64,000 nt of DNA from Bacteroidota bacterium (lineage in GTDB: Bacteria; Bacteroidota; Bacteroidia; Bacteroidales; UBA12481), in assembly GCA_043797975.1 (NCBI GenBank), contig JAZDPC010000039.1, positions 25,659 through 89,658 on the forward strand, given 5' to 3'. The position numbers and the translations under genes are program-made. Below the pieces are notes generated by a model. That model saw nothing but the letters and a program-made list of their open reading frames with translations, was not told the origin of the DNA and made no database searches. Below, one piece after another: positions 17,147 through 26,581 of the stretch; the first letter of the stretch is position 1; every line of letters begins with the position of its first letter.

Positions 17147-17860
17147 TTAAATAATCCTGAAAGTCAATTGTAAAGACATCATCGGATACCATTGATACTG
17201 GGCGATGGCATCCATGATGACCTGCTCGTTATTTTCACTGGCCATGGGGCTGAGCATATTGGTCCCGACCAGGTCAAGCTGCGGAGCTCCATGATAAAGG
17301 GCCCCAAGTTCAAAATTTAAAGAAACCCGGTGCTCGCGTGACAGGGTATTGCCAAATCCCACGGCAACATAGGGAGAGAATTTTAGTTTCGGCGTGATCA
17401 CGGCTTCCACGATACCCAATTCCGATGCCGGAACCATGATATCCCCGTATGGAAATTCTGAGGTCGGTGTCAGTGAAACGGTATGTTTCATTCCGTTTTG
17501 CATGACCCCTGCAGTCAGATGGAAGGAATTCTTTACGGGATAAAAATCCAGGAAGAGGTTGGCTCCGCCGAATTTCAGATTTGCTTCAACGGTGGCACTG
17601 AGTCCTTCCATTTCGAGAGGGTAGGAAAATGGTATCTTCATAAAGGAATAACCGAGCCGGATATTCAGGCGGGCACCGAAACCTTTGACAACTTCGATCC
17701 CGAATCCGTCCGTAGTGGCTTTAACTCCGATTCCCCATAAACCGGCAACCGGGTACTGTTTTTTAGTGGTAGCGGTGGTGTCATCTTCCTGGCTGAAGCC
17801 TTTAATTCCGATAGCAGCTAACAGTACAATAGCAATTAATAATGAAAGGGACTTTTTCAT
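17147..17860 (-). CDS. outer-membrane beta-barrel protein (porin-family-like)
   Basis: 237 aa with a signal peptide, alternating amphipathic beta-strand pattern and a C-terminal ...SLQLTFRII aromatic/hydrophobic terminus. Confidence 0.65.
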   Translation of the reverse strand: MKKSLSLLIAIVLLAAIGIKGFSQEDDTTATTKKQYPVAGLWGIGVKATTDGFGIEVVKGFGARLNIRLGYSFMKIPFSYPLEMEGLSATVEANLKFGGANLFLDFYPVKNSFHLTAGVMQNGMKHTVSLTPTSEFPYGDIMVPASELGIVEAVITPKLKFSPYVAVGFGNTLSREHRVSLNFELGALYHGAPQLDLVGTNMLSPMASENNEQVIMDAIAQYQWYPMMSLQLTFRII

Positions 17861-17917
17861 ATTAGCAGGTTTTATTCAAGCGTGTTAGCATCCAGTGAAC
17901 TGAATTCCATATATTTA

Positions 17918-17925
17918 CAAATATA
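17918..17925 (-). promoter_or_regulatory. candidate -7 promoter box (TATATTTG on the minus strand) for the beta-barrel/lipoprotein pair
   Basis: Matches TAnnTTTG, about 58 nt upstream of the ATG at 17860. Confidence 0.4.
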
Positions 17926-17966
17926 CAATATAAGCATTGGATTGTTTCATTCAGGTAAAACAATTA

Positions 17967-18914
17967 TCATTTAACGGGGATTTTAAAAGATAAGCCCAGC
18001 CCAACCAGCTCCTTAAACTGGATCCGCGGGCGGAAATCATCCATTGTTCCGTCGCCATTGATATCCTTACCAATCAAGATATCATGATCGTAAATTAAAT
18101 GGGTGTTGATATTGGCAGATAAGAACTTATTGATCTTCATCAGTACCAGTACTTCTCAGCTGACATCAACGTATTGCGGATCTTTCAGGAAATTGGAAAA
18201 GAGGTCGATATTGGTCTGGAAACCGACGTTTTTCATCAGGTCATGTTTCAAAACCATCCGGATATATCCTCCAAGCTCAGCCCTGAATTTCTCACCGGGT
18301 TTTACCCCGAATGCGCCGGCTGATGATAGACTGTCATCAATGACAAAGGTCATTTTTGTGGTTATAGGAGAGGCAAAGAGGGTAAAATTCTCTCCCTTTT
18401 TGTAATCAACACCGATAGCACCCAGAAAATAGGCAGGTGAGAATAAATCGGATATCCGCACCCCGCCTTCGGGTTTTGAATACCCGGGCGTAAACTGGGT
18501 TTTAAAGCTGGCCAGGGCAGCAGCGTTTAATACTTCGGAAAACCGGTAACCCACTTTGGACAGCAATTCAAAACGGTCATCTGTTTTCTGCCAGATGGTT
18601 TTTCCCTGTTTTAAGAGTCCGTATCCTACGTCGACCTGGTTATCCCATGCCAGGTGGTTTTTCTTATAATTATAAAAGCCATTGAAACGGCCGTTTACCG
18701 ACATGGAGTTCTGGCCTCCTGCTGCCCAGTTCGTTAATGAAACCTGCGAAAAGGCAATGGTCAGGTTGTTTTCCGTTTTCCATCCCGATTCGCCGGTTAT
18801 TGCCAGGTTTCGCAAATGCTTTTCTCTTTCGGTAACCTGACCCGAAACCGGATAGACAAACAATGGTCCTGATAACAGGATGATTACTGCGGCTAATTGT
18901 GTAACTTTATTCTT
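17967..18914 (-). pseudogene. DUF3078-like outer-membrane protein gene with an in-frame TGA and no canonical start codon
   Basis: The 18156-18863 ORF ends at TGA (18156-18158) but the same frame continues for 62 more codons (EVLVLMKINKFLSANINTHLIYDHD...GLGLSFKIPVK) to TGA at 17967-17969. Upstream, the frame encodes a signal-peptide-like KNKVTQLAAVIILLSGPLFVYPVSGQ. There is no ATG/GTG/TTG before the hydrophobic core, and a TAG closes the frame at 18933-18935. Confidence 0.6.
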
Positions 18915-18934
18915 AAAACCAGCACGCGGGACCT

Positions 18935-21900
18935 ATGAAAACAATCAGATTTTTTCTTGTTGCGGTCATTCTCTGTGGATTTGGCGCGCATGTATCTGCT
19001 GCCTACCTTGAATTTGTTCCACAACAATATACCCAGCCCGATGGGACCATCCTGAATTGTTATGCTACAGGAGATGAATATTACCACTGGCTTCATGATG
19101 CTCAGCGCTATACAATAGTGTATAATCCTGAAACAGGCTATTTCGTGTATGCGGCGAAACAGGGGGATGTTCTAGTTCCCACACGCTTGGTCCCCGGTAG
19201 GGATGATCCTTCATCGTCAGGCCTTACGCCCGGATTGAATATCAGTTCTGAAAAATACCGGGAGCTGTTTTCTCAAAAGTTTAAGGAACCCGCATTCAAA
19301 ACCGGACGTTCCTTTACGACTACCGGGGCCTATAACAATTTGGTCGTTTTCATCCGGTTCAGTGACCAGCCCGAATACACAGAATCCCTGAATGTTTATT
19401 CTTCCCAGTTCAACGGAACAAATACGGTTTCCATGACAGAGTATTTCAAGGAGGTTTCGAAAAATCAGCTGAATCTGAGCACCACATTTTACCCGAATCC
19501 GTCGGGAACAACCATAGTATCTTACCAGGACACCCATCCGCGCCGGTATTATCAGCCTTATAGCGTATCCAATCAGGAAGGTTACCGGACCGACATTGAC
19601 TACATCAACCGTGAGATGACCCTGCTGAGGAATGCGGTGCTTTTTGTTAAAGCAGAGGTGGAGGCCAGTGGGATTGATTATGATCATGATAATGACAAGA
19701 AGGTTGACAATGTGTGTTTTATCGTTAAAGGTAAAACAGATGGATGGAGCGACATGCTTTGGCCACACCAATGGTATCTGTATGACGATTATGCAGTCTC
19801 GATAAACGACGCCATAGTATATGATTTCAATTTCCAGCTTTCTGAAGCTCTCGGCGTTAGCGTACTGTGTCATGAGATGTTCCACAGCCTGGGAGCTCCT
19901 GATCTGTATCGCTATGAAAACGATGATATTACGCCTGTCGGGCCCTGGGATCTGATGGCCCATGACAAAACACCACCGCAGCACATGAGCGCTTACATGA
20001 AAATGAAGTATGGCAAATGGTTTTCCCAGATACCATCAATTACCGCTGACGGGGAATATTCGCTTAAACCACTCTCGCAGGACGGTTATGCTGCATATAA
20101 GATTGCTTCGCCGAACTCGACCTCGGAATTTTTTGTGGTTGAATACCGGAAAGCCGAAGGCCGCTTTGAGTCAAGCCTCGTTGGCACAGGGCTTATTATT
20201 TACCGGGTCAATCAATCGTTAGAGGGCAATGCGGACGGGCCACCGGACGAAGTTTATGTATACCGCCCCAATGGAACAACCAGGAACAATGGCAACATAA
20301 ATGCAGCGCCTTTCAGTTCGACCCTGGGACGCACCGATTTCGCCGACAATACCAATCCTTCCTGTTTCCTTAGTAACGGTTCTCCCGGCGGGATCAAAAT
20401 ATCAAATATCGGAGAAGCCGGAAGTACTATCAAGTTTACTGTGGGATCAGGTGGAGCCTTTAATCCGCCCAGGAACCTGACAGCCACCCTTACCGGTTCT
20501 AATGTAACACTGGCTTGGGAAAAGCCTGTATCCGGGAATGGTACTCTCAGCGGTTTTAAAGTTTTCAGGAACCAGACGGTCATTGCAACCCCGTCTGATC
20601 CGAATGTATTGACATACACCGATCCCAACCTGGCAGATGGAACGTACCAGTACCAAGTAACGGCGCGGTATACTTCTCCAACCGGGGAATCGGTCCCGTC
20701 CAATGCGGTGACTGTTTCCGTGGGAGGGAGCGACAAGCCCGACCTGGTCATCACTGATCCAGCCATACTGCCGGTAAATGTGGAACCAGGGGGAACGGTC
20801 AGCCTGAGCTGTACGCTTCATAACGACGGAGCTGCCGAGGCAGGTTCCAGCACCCTCAGGATCTATTTGTCGACTGATGAAATATTTGATTCAGGAGACA
20901 GACAACTTGCCTGGGGTGCGATGAATGCCCTGTCGGCAGGAGCCACAATTGATGTATCCGGTGAAAATATAACCGTTCCGGAAACTATTGCAGACGGCAA
21001 GTGGTTTGTCCTGTTCCTGGCCGACGCAGATGGTGCAGTGGCCGAGTCAATCGAAAACAATAACCAGGCTTCAACAATCCTGAATATTGGAAATCCGGCG
21101 CTGAATCCACCGAGAAACCTGGTAGCCCAGGTTGCACAGACAACGATCAGGCTCAACTGGCAGGAACCAGATCCCGGTGGCGGTACACTGGCCGGTTTCG
21201 CCGTTTACAGGAATTCAATTAAAGTCTCCACAATCAATGACCCGGCCTGGTTTGAGTTCTTCGATCCCGGACTGACGCTGGGAACGTATACTTATTACGT
21301 TACCGCTATTTACTCTTCCCCGGCCGGAGAATCAGCTAAGTCAAATGAAGTAACTGTGACGGTCACCAATGAAGCCAAGCCTGATTTGACCATTCAGGAT
21401 TTCTTGGTGACCCCTGGGACGGTCGTTCCAGGTGGTTCTATTGACATAACCTGTACCTTACTTAATATCGGAGGCAACCAGGCTCCCGCCAATCAGGTGC
21501 AGGTATATCTCTCTCAAGACCTCACTATTGACGCCAATGATCTGTACCTGGCCTATGGTACGATGGATCCGCTGGATGCCGGGGACCAAGTCTCGATCAG
21601 CGGAGAAGATATAGCACTGCCCGATGAAATAGAATCCGGTACCTGGTATACCCTGATCATGGCAGATGGCCTGAATGAAATTCAGGAATCCAATGAGAAT
21701 AATAATGTTGCTTCCCAAATCCTGGTCATCGAAGGAGAAACTGCCGATCTCCAGATCGTCAATGTCTCCTTCTATCCTCTGGTTATCACTCCGAGTACGA
21801 ATGTCAGAGTATCAGGTATCGTCTATAACGGTGGGGATGCAACGGCCTCTTCTGTTAAGATCACCTTTTACCTGTCATCTGATGAAATATTTGATGGCAC

Positions 21901-22372
21901 TGATAAGAAACTTGTTGAGGAATCCACACGAATATTGGTGCCAAAAGCAACTATCAAGCTGTCAGGCAACTTCACGTTGCAGTCCAGTGTTACTCCCGGT
22001 CAGTATTTTCTGATTGGGTTAGTGGACAAGGACAATGCGGTAAACGAATCGGATGAAACGAATAATCAGTCAATAACACCGGTTATTGTCGCCGGAACAA
22101 CCGGCATAACCGACGATGCCCTGGAAACCTCCCTCGTGGTGTACCCTGTTCCTGCTACAGAATGGCTGAATATCCGGTTGCCCTCACTTCCGGGAGAAGA
22201 CGCCATAGTCAGAATTACCGATTTATATGGCAGGGTAGCCTATTTGGAGAAAGTCGGACCCAATTCTGCCAGGGCTATTGAAATTAATGTAAAAGGCTGG
22301 AGTTCAGGTGTTTATTTTATTTGTTTTCAAACGGAAGACAAAAACTGGGTAAAAAAGGTAGTAATTCAATAA
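18935..22372 (+). CDS. M6-family (immune inhibitor A-like) zinc metalloprotease with 2x(FN3-CARDB), a third CARDB and a T9SS C-terminal sorting domain
   Basis: Signal peptide and the HEXXH motif HEMFHSLGAPDLY. Two FN3-like modules (NPPRNLTATL..., NPPRNLVAQV...) are each followed by CARDB-like modules (KPDLVITD..., KPDLTIQD...). A third CARDB (ADLQIVNV...) follows. The C-terminal ~80 aa (LVVYPVPATEWLNI...SGVYFICFQTEDKNWVKKVVIQ) is typical of a T9SS CTD. Confidence 0.85.
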   Translation: MKTIRFFLVAVILCGFGAHVSAAYLEFVPQQYTQPDGTILNCYATGDEYYHWLHDAQRYTIVYNPETGYFVYAAKQGDVLVPTRLVPGRDDPSSSGLTPGLNISSEKYRELFSQKFKEPAFKTGRSFTTTGAYNNLVVFIRFSDQPEYTESLNVYSSQFNGTNTVSMTEYFKEVSKNQLNLSTTFYPNPSGTTIVSYQDTHPRRYYQPYSVSNQEGYRTDIDYINREMTLLRNAVLFVKAEVEASGIDYDHDNDKKVDNVCFIVKGKTDGWSDMLWPHQWYLYDDYAVSINDAIVYDFNFQLSEALGVSVLCHEMFHSLGAPDLYRYENDDITPVGPWDLMAHDKTPPQHMSAYMKMKYGKWFSQIPSITADGEYSLKPLSQDGYAAYKIASPNSTSEFFVVEYRKAEGRFESSLVGTGLIIYRVNQSLEGNADGPPDEVYVYRPNGTTRNNGNINAAPFSSTLGRTDFADNTNPSCFLSNGSPGGIKISNIGEAGSTIKFTVGSGGAFNPPRNLTATLTGSNVTLAWEKPVSGNGTLSGFKVFRNQTVIATPSDPNVLTYTDPNLADGTYQYQVTARYTSPTGESVPSNAVTVSVGGSDKPDLVITDPAILPVNVEPGGTVSLSCTLHNDGAAEAGSSTLRIYLSTDEIFDSGDRQLAWGAMNALSAGATIDVSGENITVPETIADGKWFVLFLADADGAVAESIENNNQASTILNIGNPALNPPRNLVAQVAQTTIRLNWQEPDPGGGTLAGFAVYRNSIKVSTINDPAWFEFFDPGLTLGTYTYYVTAIYSSPAGESAKSNEVTVTVTNEAKPDLTIQDFLVTPGTVVPGGSIDITCTLLNIGGNQAPANQVQVYLSQDLTIDANDLYLAYGTMDPLDAGDQVSISGEDIALPDEIESGTWYTLIMADGLNEIQESNENNNVASQILVIEGETADLQIVNVSFYPLVITPSTNVRVSGIVYNGGDATASSVKITFYLSSDEIFDGTDKKLVEESTRILVPKATIKLSGNFTLQSSVTPGQYFLIGLVDKDNAVNESDETNNQSITPVIVAGTTGITDDALETSLVVYPVPATEWLNIRLPSLPGEDAIVRITDLYGRVAYLEKVGPNSARAIEINVKGWSSGVYFICFQTEDKNWVKKVVIQ

Positions 22373-22478
22373 AAAATGGTGGGGATTTTTGCTTATTAAT
22401 GAGTATTATTTTTATTTTTATAAGCCTTTTTGTAGTTTTCGGAATTGCAGAAAAGAATTAAACTAACATTAATCTAAT

Positions 22479-22934
22479 ATGAAACCTATGAAAACTAAAA
22501 ACTCGTTTTGGGGTATAATAGGGCTGTCTCTTATCGGAGCCCTATTGTTTACCTCTTGCCAGAAGGAAGTGATCGTTGAAAAGACAACCAAAATTGTTGG
22601 TACGGTAAAACTCAAGGCAGGTACTCTTGGTGACATCAGCAATGCCCAGGTTGCCTTATACTTGTCGGATAACGACTGGGCCAACTACAATCCCGTTCGA
22701 ATTGCTGATGTTTCAGGGACTACCTCAAAGATTAGTTTTTCATTCACCGATGTGGTTCCCGGCAATTATCTCCTGGATGCATGGGTAGACTGCGACCAAA
22801 CCGGCAGTTGGACCTCTGGTGATATTGTTGGCTGGTACGGATCGGGTGCACTCGGTAATGAATACCTCTCTCCATTTATGGTTGCGGAAGGTAAAACAGT
22901 AACCATTAATGTTGAAATGATCGTAATACCGTAA
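22479..22934 (+). CDS. hypothetical lipoprotein
   Basis: 151 aa with lipobox LLFTSCQKE. Single beta-sandwich-like domain. Confidence 0.6.
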   Translation: MKPMKTKNSFWGIIGLSLIGALLFTSCQKEVIVEKTTKIVGTVKLKAGTLGDISNAQVALYLSDNDWANYNPVRIADVSGTTSKISFSFTDVVPGNYLLDAWVDCDQTGSWTSGDIVGWYGSGALGNEYLSPFMVAEGKTVTINVEMIVIP

Positions 22935-22976
22935 CTTTTGGCGTTACTTCTTAAGAAATTCTATCGAAATCATAAA

Positions 22977-23011
22977 TAAAAAGCCTCCGGTTTCCGGAGG
23001 CTTTTTATTTT
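22977..23011. terminator. bidirectional intrinsic terminator
   Basis: GCCTCCGG (22983-22990), TTT, CCGGAGGC (22994-23001), flanked by an A-run and TTTTTATTTT. It serves the + gene ending at 22934 and the minus-strand tRNA ending at 23017. Confidence 0.8.
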
Positions 23012-23016
23012 CCTTG

Positions 23017-23089
<73 letters not shown>

Positions 23090-23102
23090 CTGTTTGCGAC
23101 CG

Positions 23103-23110
23103 CAAAGATA
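23103..23110 (-). promoter_or_regulatory. candidate -7 promoter box (TATCTTTG on the minus strand) for tRNA-fMet
   Basis: Matches TAnnTTTG, 14 nt upstream of the inferred tRNA 5' end. Confidence 0.5.
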
Positions 23111-23131
23111 ATATTAATTTCCATATCTCCA

Positions 23132-23185
23132 CATCTAAACCATTTCAACCATTTCAACCATTTCAACCTCTTCAACCATTTCAAC
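23132..23185. repeat. 9-bp tandem repeat (CATTTCAAC-type, 5 copies plus 1 degenerate) in a divergent promoter region
   Basis: CATCTAAAC, then CATTTCAAC x3, CTCTTCAAC and CATTTCAAC. It lies between the two TATCTTTG boxes at 23103-23110 (-) and 23195-23202 (+). Confidence 0.9.
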
Positions 23186-23194
23186 ATATTAATC

Positions 23195-23202
23195 TATCTT
23201 TG
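23195..23202 (+). promoter_or_regulatory. candidate -7 promoter box (TATCTTTG) for the M23 peptidase-dxr-rseP genes
   Basis: Matches TAnnTTTG, 24 nt upstream of the ATG at 23226. Confidence 0.5.
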
Positions 23203-23225
23203 CCCCAATAACAACTGGCGCCATT

Positions 23226-24098
23226 ATGGCAAAGCAGCAGCAAAAGAAGAAACTGGTACACAAGCTTAAAAGCAAGTACCGGCTTGTTATCATGCGGGAG
23301 ACCTCCTTTGAGGAGGTTTGGCAGATGAAGCTCTCGCGGATGAATGTGATCAACGCACTGGCTCTGTCGTTGACAATATATACGATCATAGTGGTTGCCC
23401 TGATCGTTTATACACCGGTAAAACGTCTGATCCCGGGATATCCGAATGCAGAGATGACCCGGAATATCCGTATGAATGCTCTCAGGCTGGATTCCCTGGA
23501 TTATCAGCTGCAATTGAAAGATCAGTTTATATCAAACCTGATCACTATAATAAACGGAGGAGACACAAAAATACATTCAACCGATGAAGGGACTTCCAAA
23601 ATATCCATTCAGGACATTTCAGATACCCGGTCAACGGATGATTCGTTATTAAGGATTGAAGTTGAAAAAGCCCAGCGTTTTAACCTGAATCCTCAGAGTG
23701 CGCTTCAGGAAGGGAGCAATCTTAACCAGTTGTATTTCTTTCCGCCGGTCAGGGGGCTGATCATCTCACATTTCGATTATGCCCGCGGACATTATGGAGT
23801 GGATATAGCAACTGCAGCGAATCTCGGCATTAAAGCAGCCCTCGACGGGACGGTTATTTTTGCCGATTTCACGAGCGAAACGGGATATACCATTCAGATT
23901 CAACATGATTATAACCTGATATCGGTATACAAGCATAACAAGGAACTCTTTAAAAGAATGGGGGACCGCGTCAAAGCGGGTGAGGTGATCGCAACTGTCG
24001 GAAATACCGGTGAGCTTACAACCGGGCCCCATCTTCACTTCGAATTGTGGCACCAGGGAACAGCCCTGAATCCCGAACATTTTATTGCGTTCGAATAA
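23226..24098 (+). CDS. M23 family (LytM-type) metallopeptidase, membrane-anchored
   Basis: N-terminal TM segment. The C-terminal GHYGVDIA...GNTGELTTGPHLHFELW is the M23 HxxxD / HxH signature. Confidence 0.9.
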   Translation: MAKQQQKKKLVHKLKSKYRLVIMRETSFEEVWQMKLSRMNVINALALSLTIYTIIVVALIVYTPVKRLIPGYPNAEMTRNIRMNALRLDSLDYQLQLKDQFISNLITIINGGDTKIHSTDEGTSKISIQDISDTRSTDDSLLRIEVEKAQRFNLNPQSALQEGSNLNQLYFFPPVRGLIISHFDYARGHYGVDIATAANLGIKAALDGTVIFADFTSETGYTIQIQHDYNLISVYKHNKELFKRMGDRVKAGEVIATVGNTGELTTGPHLHFELWHQGTALNPEHFIAFE

Positions 24099-25243
24099 TG
24101 AAACGGATCGCTATCCTCGGTTCCACCGGCTCTATCGGCAAACAGGCCCTGGAGGTGATCAGTCATCACCCGGCGGAGTTTTCTGTCCGGGTCCTGACCG
24201 CCAGGTCCAATTATCAGGAACTGATAGGACAGGCCCTGCGCTTTATGCCGGACACCGTAGTTATTACCGATGAAAATCACTCTGAAACCGTCAGGAAGGC
24301 TCTTTCAGGCTCCGGTATTAAAGTTCTTGGGGGACCGGACTGCCTCGAAGAAGTGGTTGCTGATGATCAGGTTGATATGGTGCTTACTGCCATGGTGGGA
24401 TTTTCAGGTTTGATTCCAACTCTCCGCGCAATTCAATCGGGCAAGCAGATTGCCCTGGCCAACAAGGAAACCCTGGTTGTTGCAGGGGAACTCGTTACCC
24501 GGATGGCTGCAGAAAAAGGGGTTCCAATCCTTCCCGTTGATTCGGAACATTCAGCGATATTCCAGTGCCTGACCGGAGAAAAGCAACAAGAAATCGAAAA
24601 AATCTGGATCACAGCATCCGGAGGACCTTTTCGTAAATTTCCACTTGAGTCTCTTAGGCAGGTTACCCGGCATGATGCACTGAGGCATCCCACCTGGAAA
24701 ATGGGCTCCAAGATCACGATTGATTCAGCAACCCTGATGAATAAGGGGCTGGAAGCAATAGAGGCAAAATGGCTCTTCGGTGTCAGACCGGACCAGATCG
24801 ATGTGATCGTTCACCCGCAATCGGTTATCCATTCAATGGTACAGTTTATCGATGGCTCAATCAAGGCACAGATGGGGCTGCCCGACATGAGACTGCCCAT
24901 ACAATATGCACTCAGCTACCCCGACAGGCTCCTGAGCTCATTCCCCCGGTTCAGTTTTTCAGCATACCCCGACCTGACCTTTGAACCGCCCGATACCGAA
25001 AGATTTCCAAACCTGGCTATTGCCCTGGAAGTTATGAGGAAGGGCGGTAACCTTCCGTGCATTATGAATGCCGCCAACGAAGTGGCTGTAGATGCTTTTC
25101 TTAATGACCGGACCGGTTTTTCCGGCATGACGCGGATCATCGAAAAAACGCTCGAAAAAGCAACTTTCCTGACATCCGCCGGTTTACCTGATTATATAGA
25201 ATCTGATTATGAAGCCAGGAAACTGGCCTTATCATTTGTTTAA
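24098..25243 (+). CDS. dxr: 1-deoxy-D-xylulose 5-phosphate reductoisomerase
   Basis: MKRIAILGSTGSIGKQAL, LANKETLV and DSEHSAIFQC motifs. TAATG stop/start overlap with the preceding gene. 381 aa. Confidence 0.95.
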   Translation: MKRIAILGSTGSIGKQALEVISHHPAEFSVRVLTARSNYQELIGQALRFMPDTVVITDENHSETVRKALSGSGIKVLGGPDCLEEVVADDQVDMVLTAMVGFSGLIPTLRAIQSGKQIALANKETLVVAGELVTRMAAEKGVPILPVDSEHSAIFQCLTGEKQQEIEKIWITASGGPFRKFPLESLRQVTRHDALRHPTWKMGSKITIDSATLMNKGLEAIEAKWLFGVRPDQIDVIVHPQSVIHSMVQFIDGSIKAQMGLPDMRLPIQYALSYPDRLLSSFPRFSFSAYPDLTFEPPDTERFPNLAIALEVMRKGGNLPCIMNAANEVAVDAFLNDRTGFSGMTRIIEKTLEKATFLTSAGLPDYIESDYEARKLALSFV

Positions 25244-25256
25244 TACTTATTTTCCA

Positions 25257-26576
25257 ATGACAATCCTGATCAAAGCCGCACAACTCCTGCTAAGCCTTTC
25301 AATCCTGGTGATTATCCACGAATTCGGACATTTTACCTTTGCCAAGATCTTTAAAACACGGGTTGAGAAATTTTACCTGTTCTTCAATCCCTGGTTTTCC
25401 CTGTTCAAGATTAAAAAGGGGGAAACTGAATATGGGATAGGATGGCTTCCGCTCGGCGGGTACGTCAAGATTGCCGGCATGATCGACGAATCCATGGACC
25501 GCGAAACCATGAAACAGGAACCCAAACCTTACGAGTTTCGCTCCAAACCATCAGGCCAGAGACTCCTGATCATGCTTGGAGGTGTGCTGTTTAACGTTCT
25601 CTTCGCGTTTCTGATCTATTCCATGGTACTGTTTGCCTGGGGTGAAGAATACCTGCCGACAAAAAACGTAAAATATGGAATCATCTGTGATTCATTGGCT
25701 ACCAGAATAGGGCTTCAGAACGGGGACAAGATCCTGACTGTAGGGAACAGGGAAATTGAAGACTTTAACGATGTGGTCCCGGAAATTGTGTACAACGGTG
25801 CCAAAACCATACAGATCGACCGTAACGGGGAGGTCTTGAATATCGATGTACCATCCGATTTTGTGGCCCGGTTTATTGAAAAAAAGAGTTTCATTTATAC
25901 TGCTTATCCTTTTGTTGTCAAGGATTTTGTCAGTGGTTCCCCGGCCAAAAAAGGCGGTATGCAGGTGGATGATAGGATCGTCGGAATCGATGGCACAGAT
26001 CTGCCCTACTTTAGTCTTTTTGCCATGGAGCTGCAGAAGCGGATTGGGGATACCGTCAGGGTTAACATTGACCGGCAGGGAGAACGGATTGAGTTAACCA
26101 TGGTGGTCCCTGAAACAGGTAAAATAGGGGTTTATCCCGTGGCGCCGGCTAAATTCTTTGAGCTTAAAGAGATTAACTACGGCTTTTTCGCTTCGTTCCC
26201 TGCCGGTATTAAAAAAGGGATACAGACGATCTCCTCCTATCTTAAAGATCTTAAACTGGTTTTCAGTCCTGAAACCAAGGCTTACAAGTCCCTCGGCGGC
26301 TTCATCGCTATCGGAAATATCTTTCCGGCTGCATGGAACTGGGAAATATTCTGGAACATGACGGCGTTCCTCTCCATTATGCTGGCTGTTTTAAATATTC
26401 TTCCGATACCTGCCCTTGACGGCGGACATGTTTTTTTCCTTACCTTTGAAATGATCACCGGCCGACGCCCCAGCGACAAATTCATGGAAGTCGCCCAGAT
26501 TATCGGAATGGTGCTGCTGCTTGCCCTTGTCCTCTACGCAAACGGTAACGATATCTTGAAGTTATTCCAAAAATAA
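25257..26576 (+). CDS. rseP: RIP (site-2) zinc metalloprotease RseP
   Basis: HEFGHF motif in TM1, a central PDZ region and C-terminal NILPIPALDGGH. 439 aa from the ATG at 25257. Confidence 0.9.
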   Translation: MTILIKAAQLLLSLSILVIIHEFGHFTFAKIFKTRVEKFYLFFNPWFSLFKIKKGETEYGIGWLPLGGYVKIAGMIDESMDRETMKQEPKPYEFRSKPSGQRLLIMLGGVLFNVLFAFLIYSMVLFAWGEEYLPTKNVKYGIICDSLATRIGLQNGDKILTVGNREIEDFNDVVPEIVYNGAKTIQIDRNGEVLNIDVPSDFVARFIEKKSFIYTAYPFVVKDFVSGSPAKKGGMQVDDRIVGIDGTDLPYFSLFAMELQKRIGDTVRVNIDRQGERIELTMVVPETGKIGVYPVAPAKFFELKEINYGFFASFPAGIKKGIQTISSYLKDLKLVFSPETKAYKSLGGFIAIGNIFPAAWNWEIFWNMTAFLSIMLAVLNILPIPALDGGHVFFLTFEMITGRRPSDKFMEVAQIIGMVLLLALVLYANGNDILKLFQK

Positions 26577-26581
26577 AGCTC

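Noticed and set aside
18156-18158. In-frame TGA as evidence for an alternative genetic code (TGA read as Trp or Gly).
   Set aside because: TGA clearly terminates well-conserved genes in this window at family-typical lengths, for example leuC at 1864-1866 and leuD at 2593-2595. The standard bacterial code applies.
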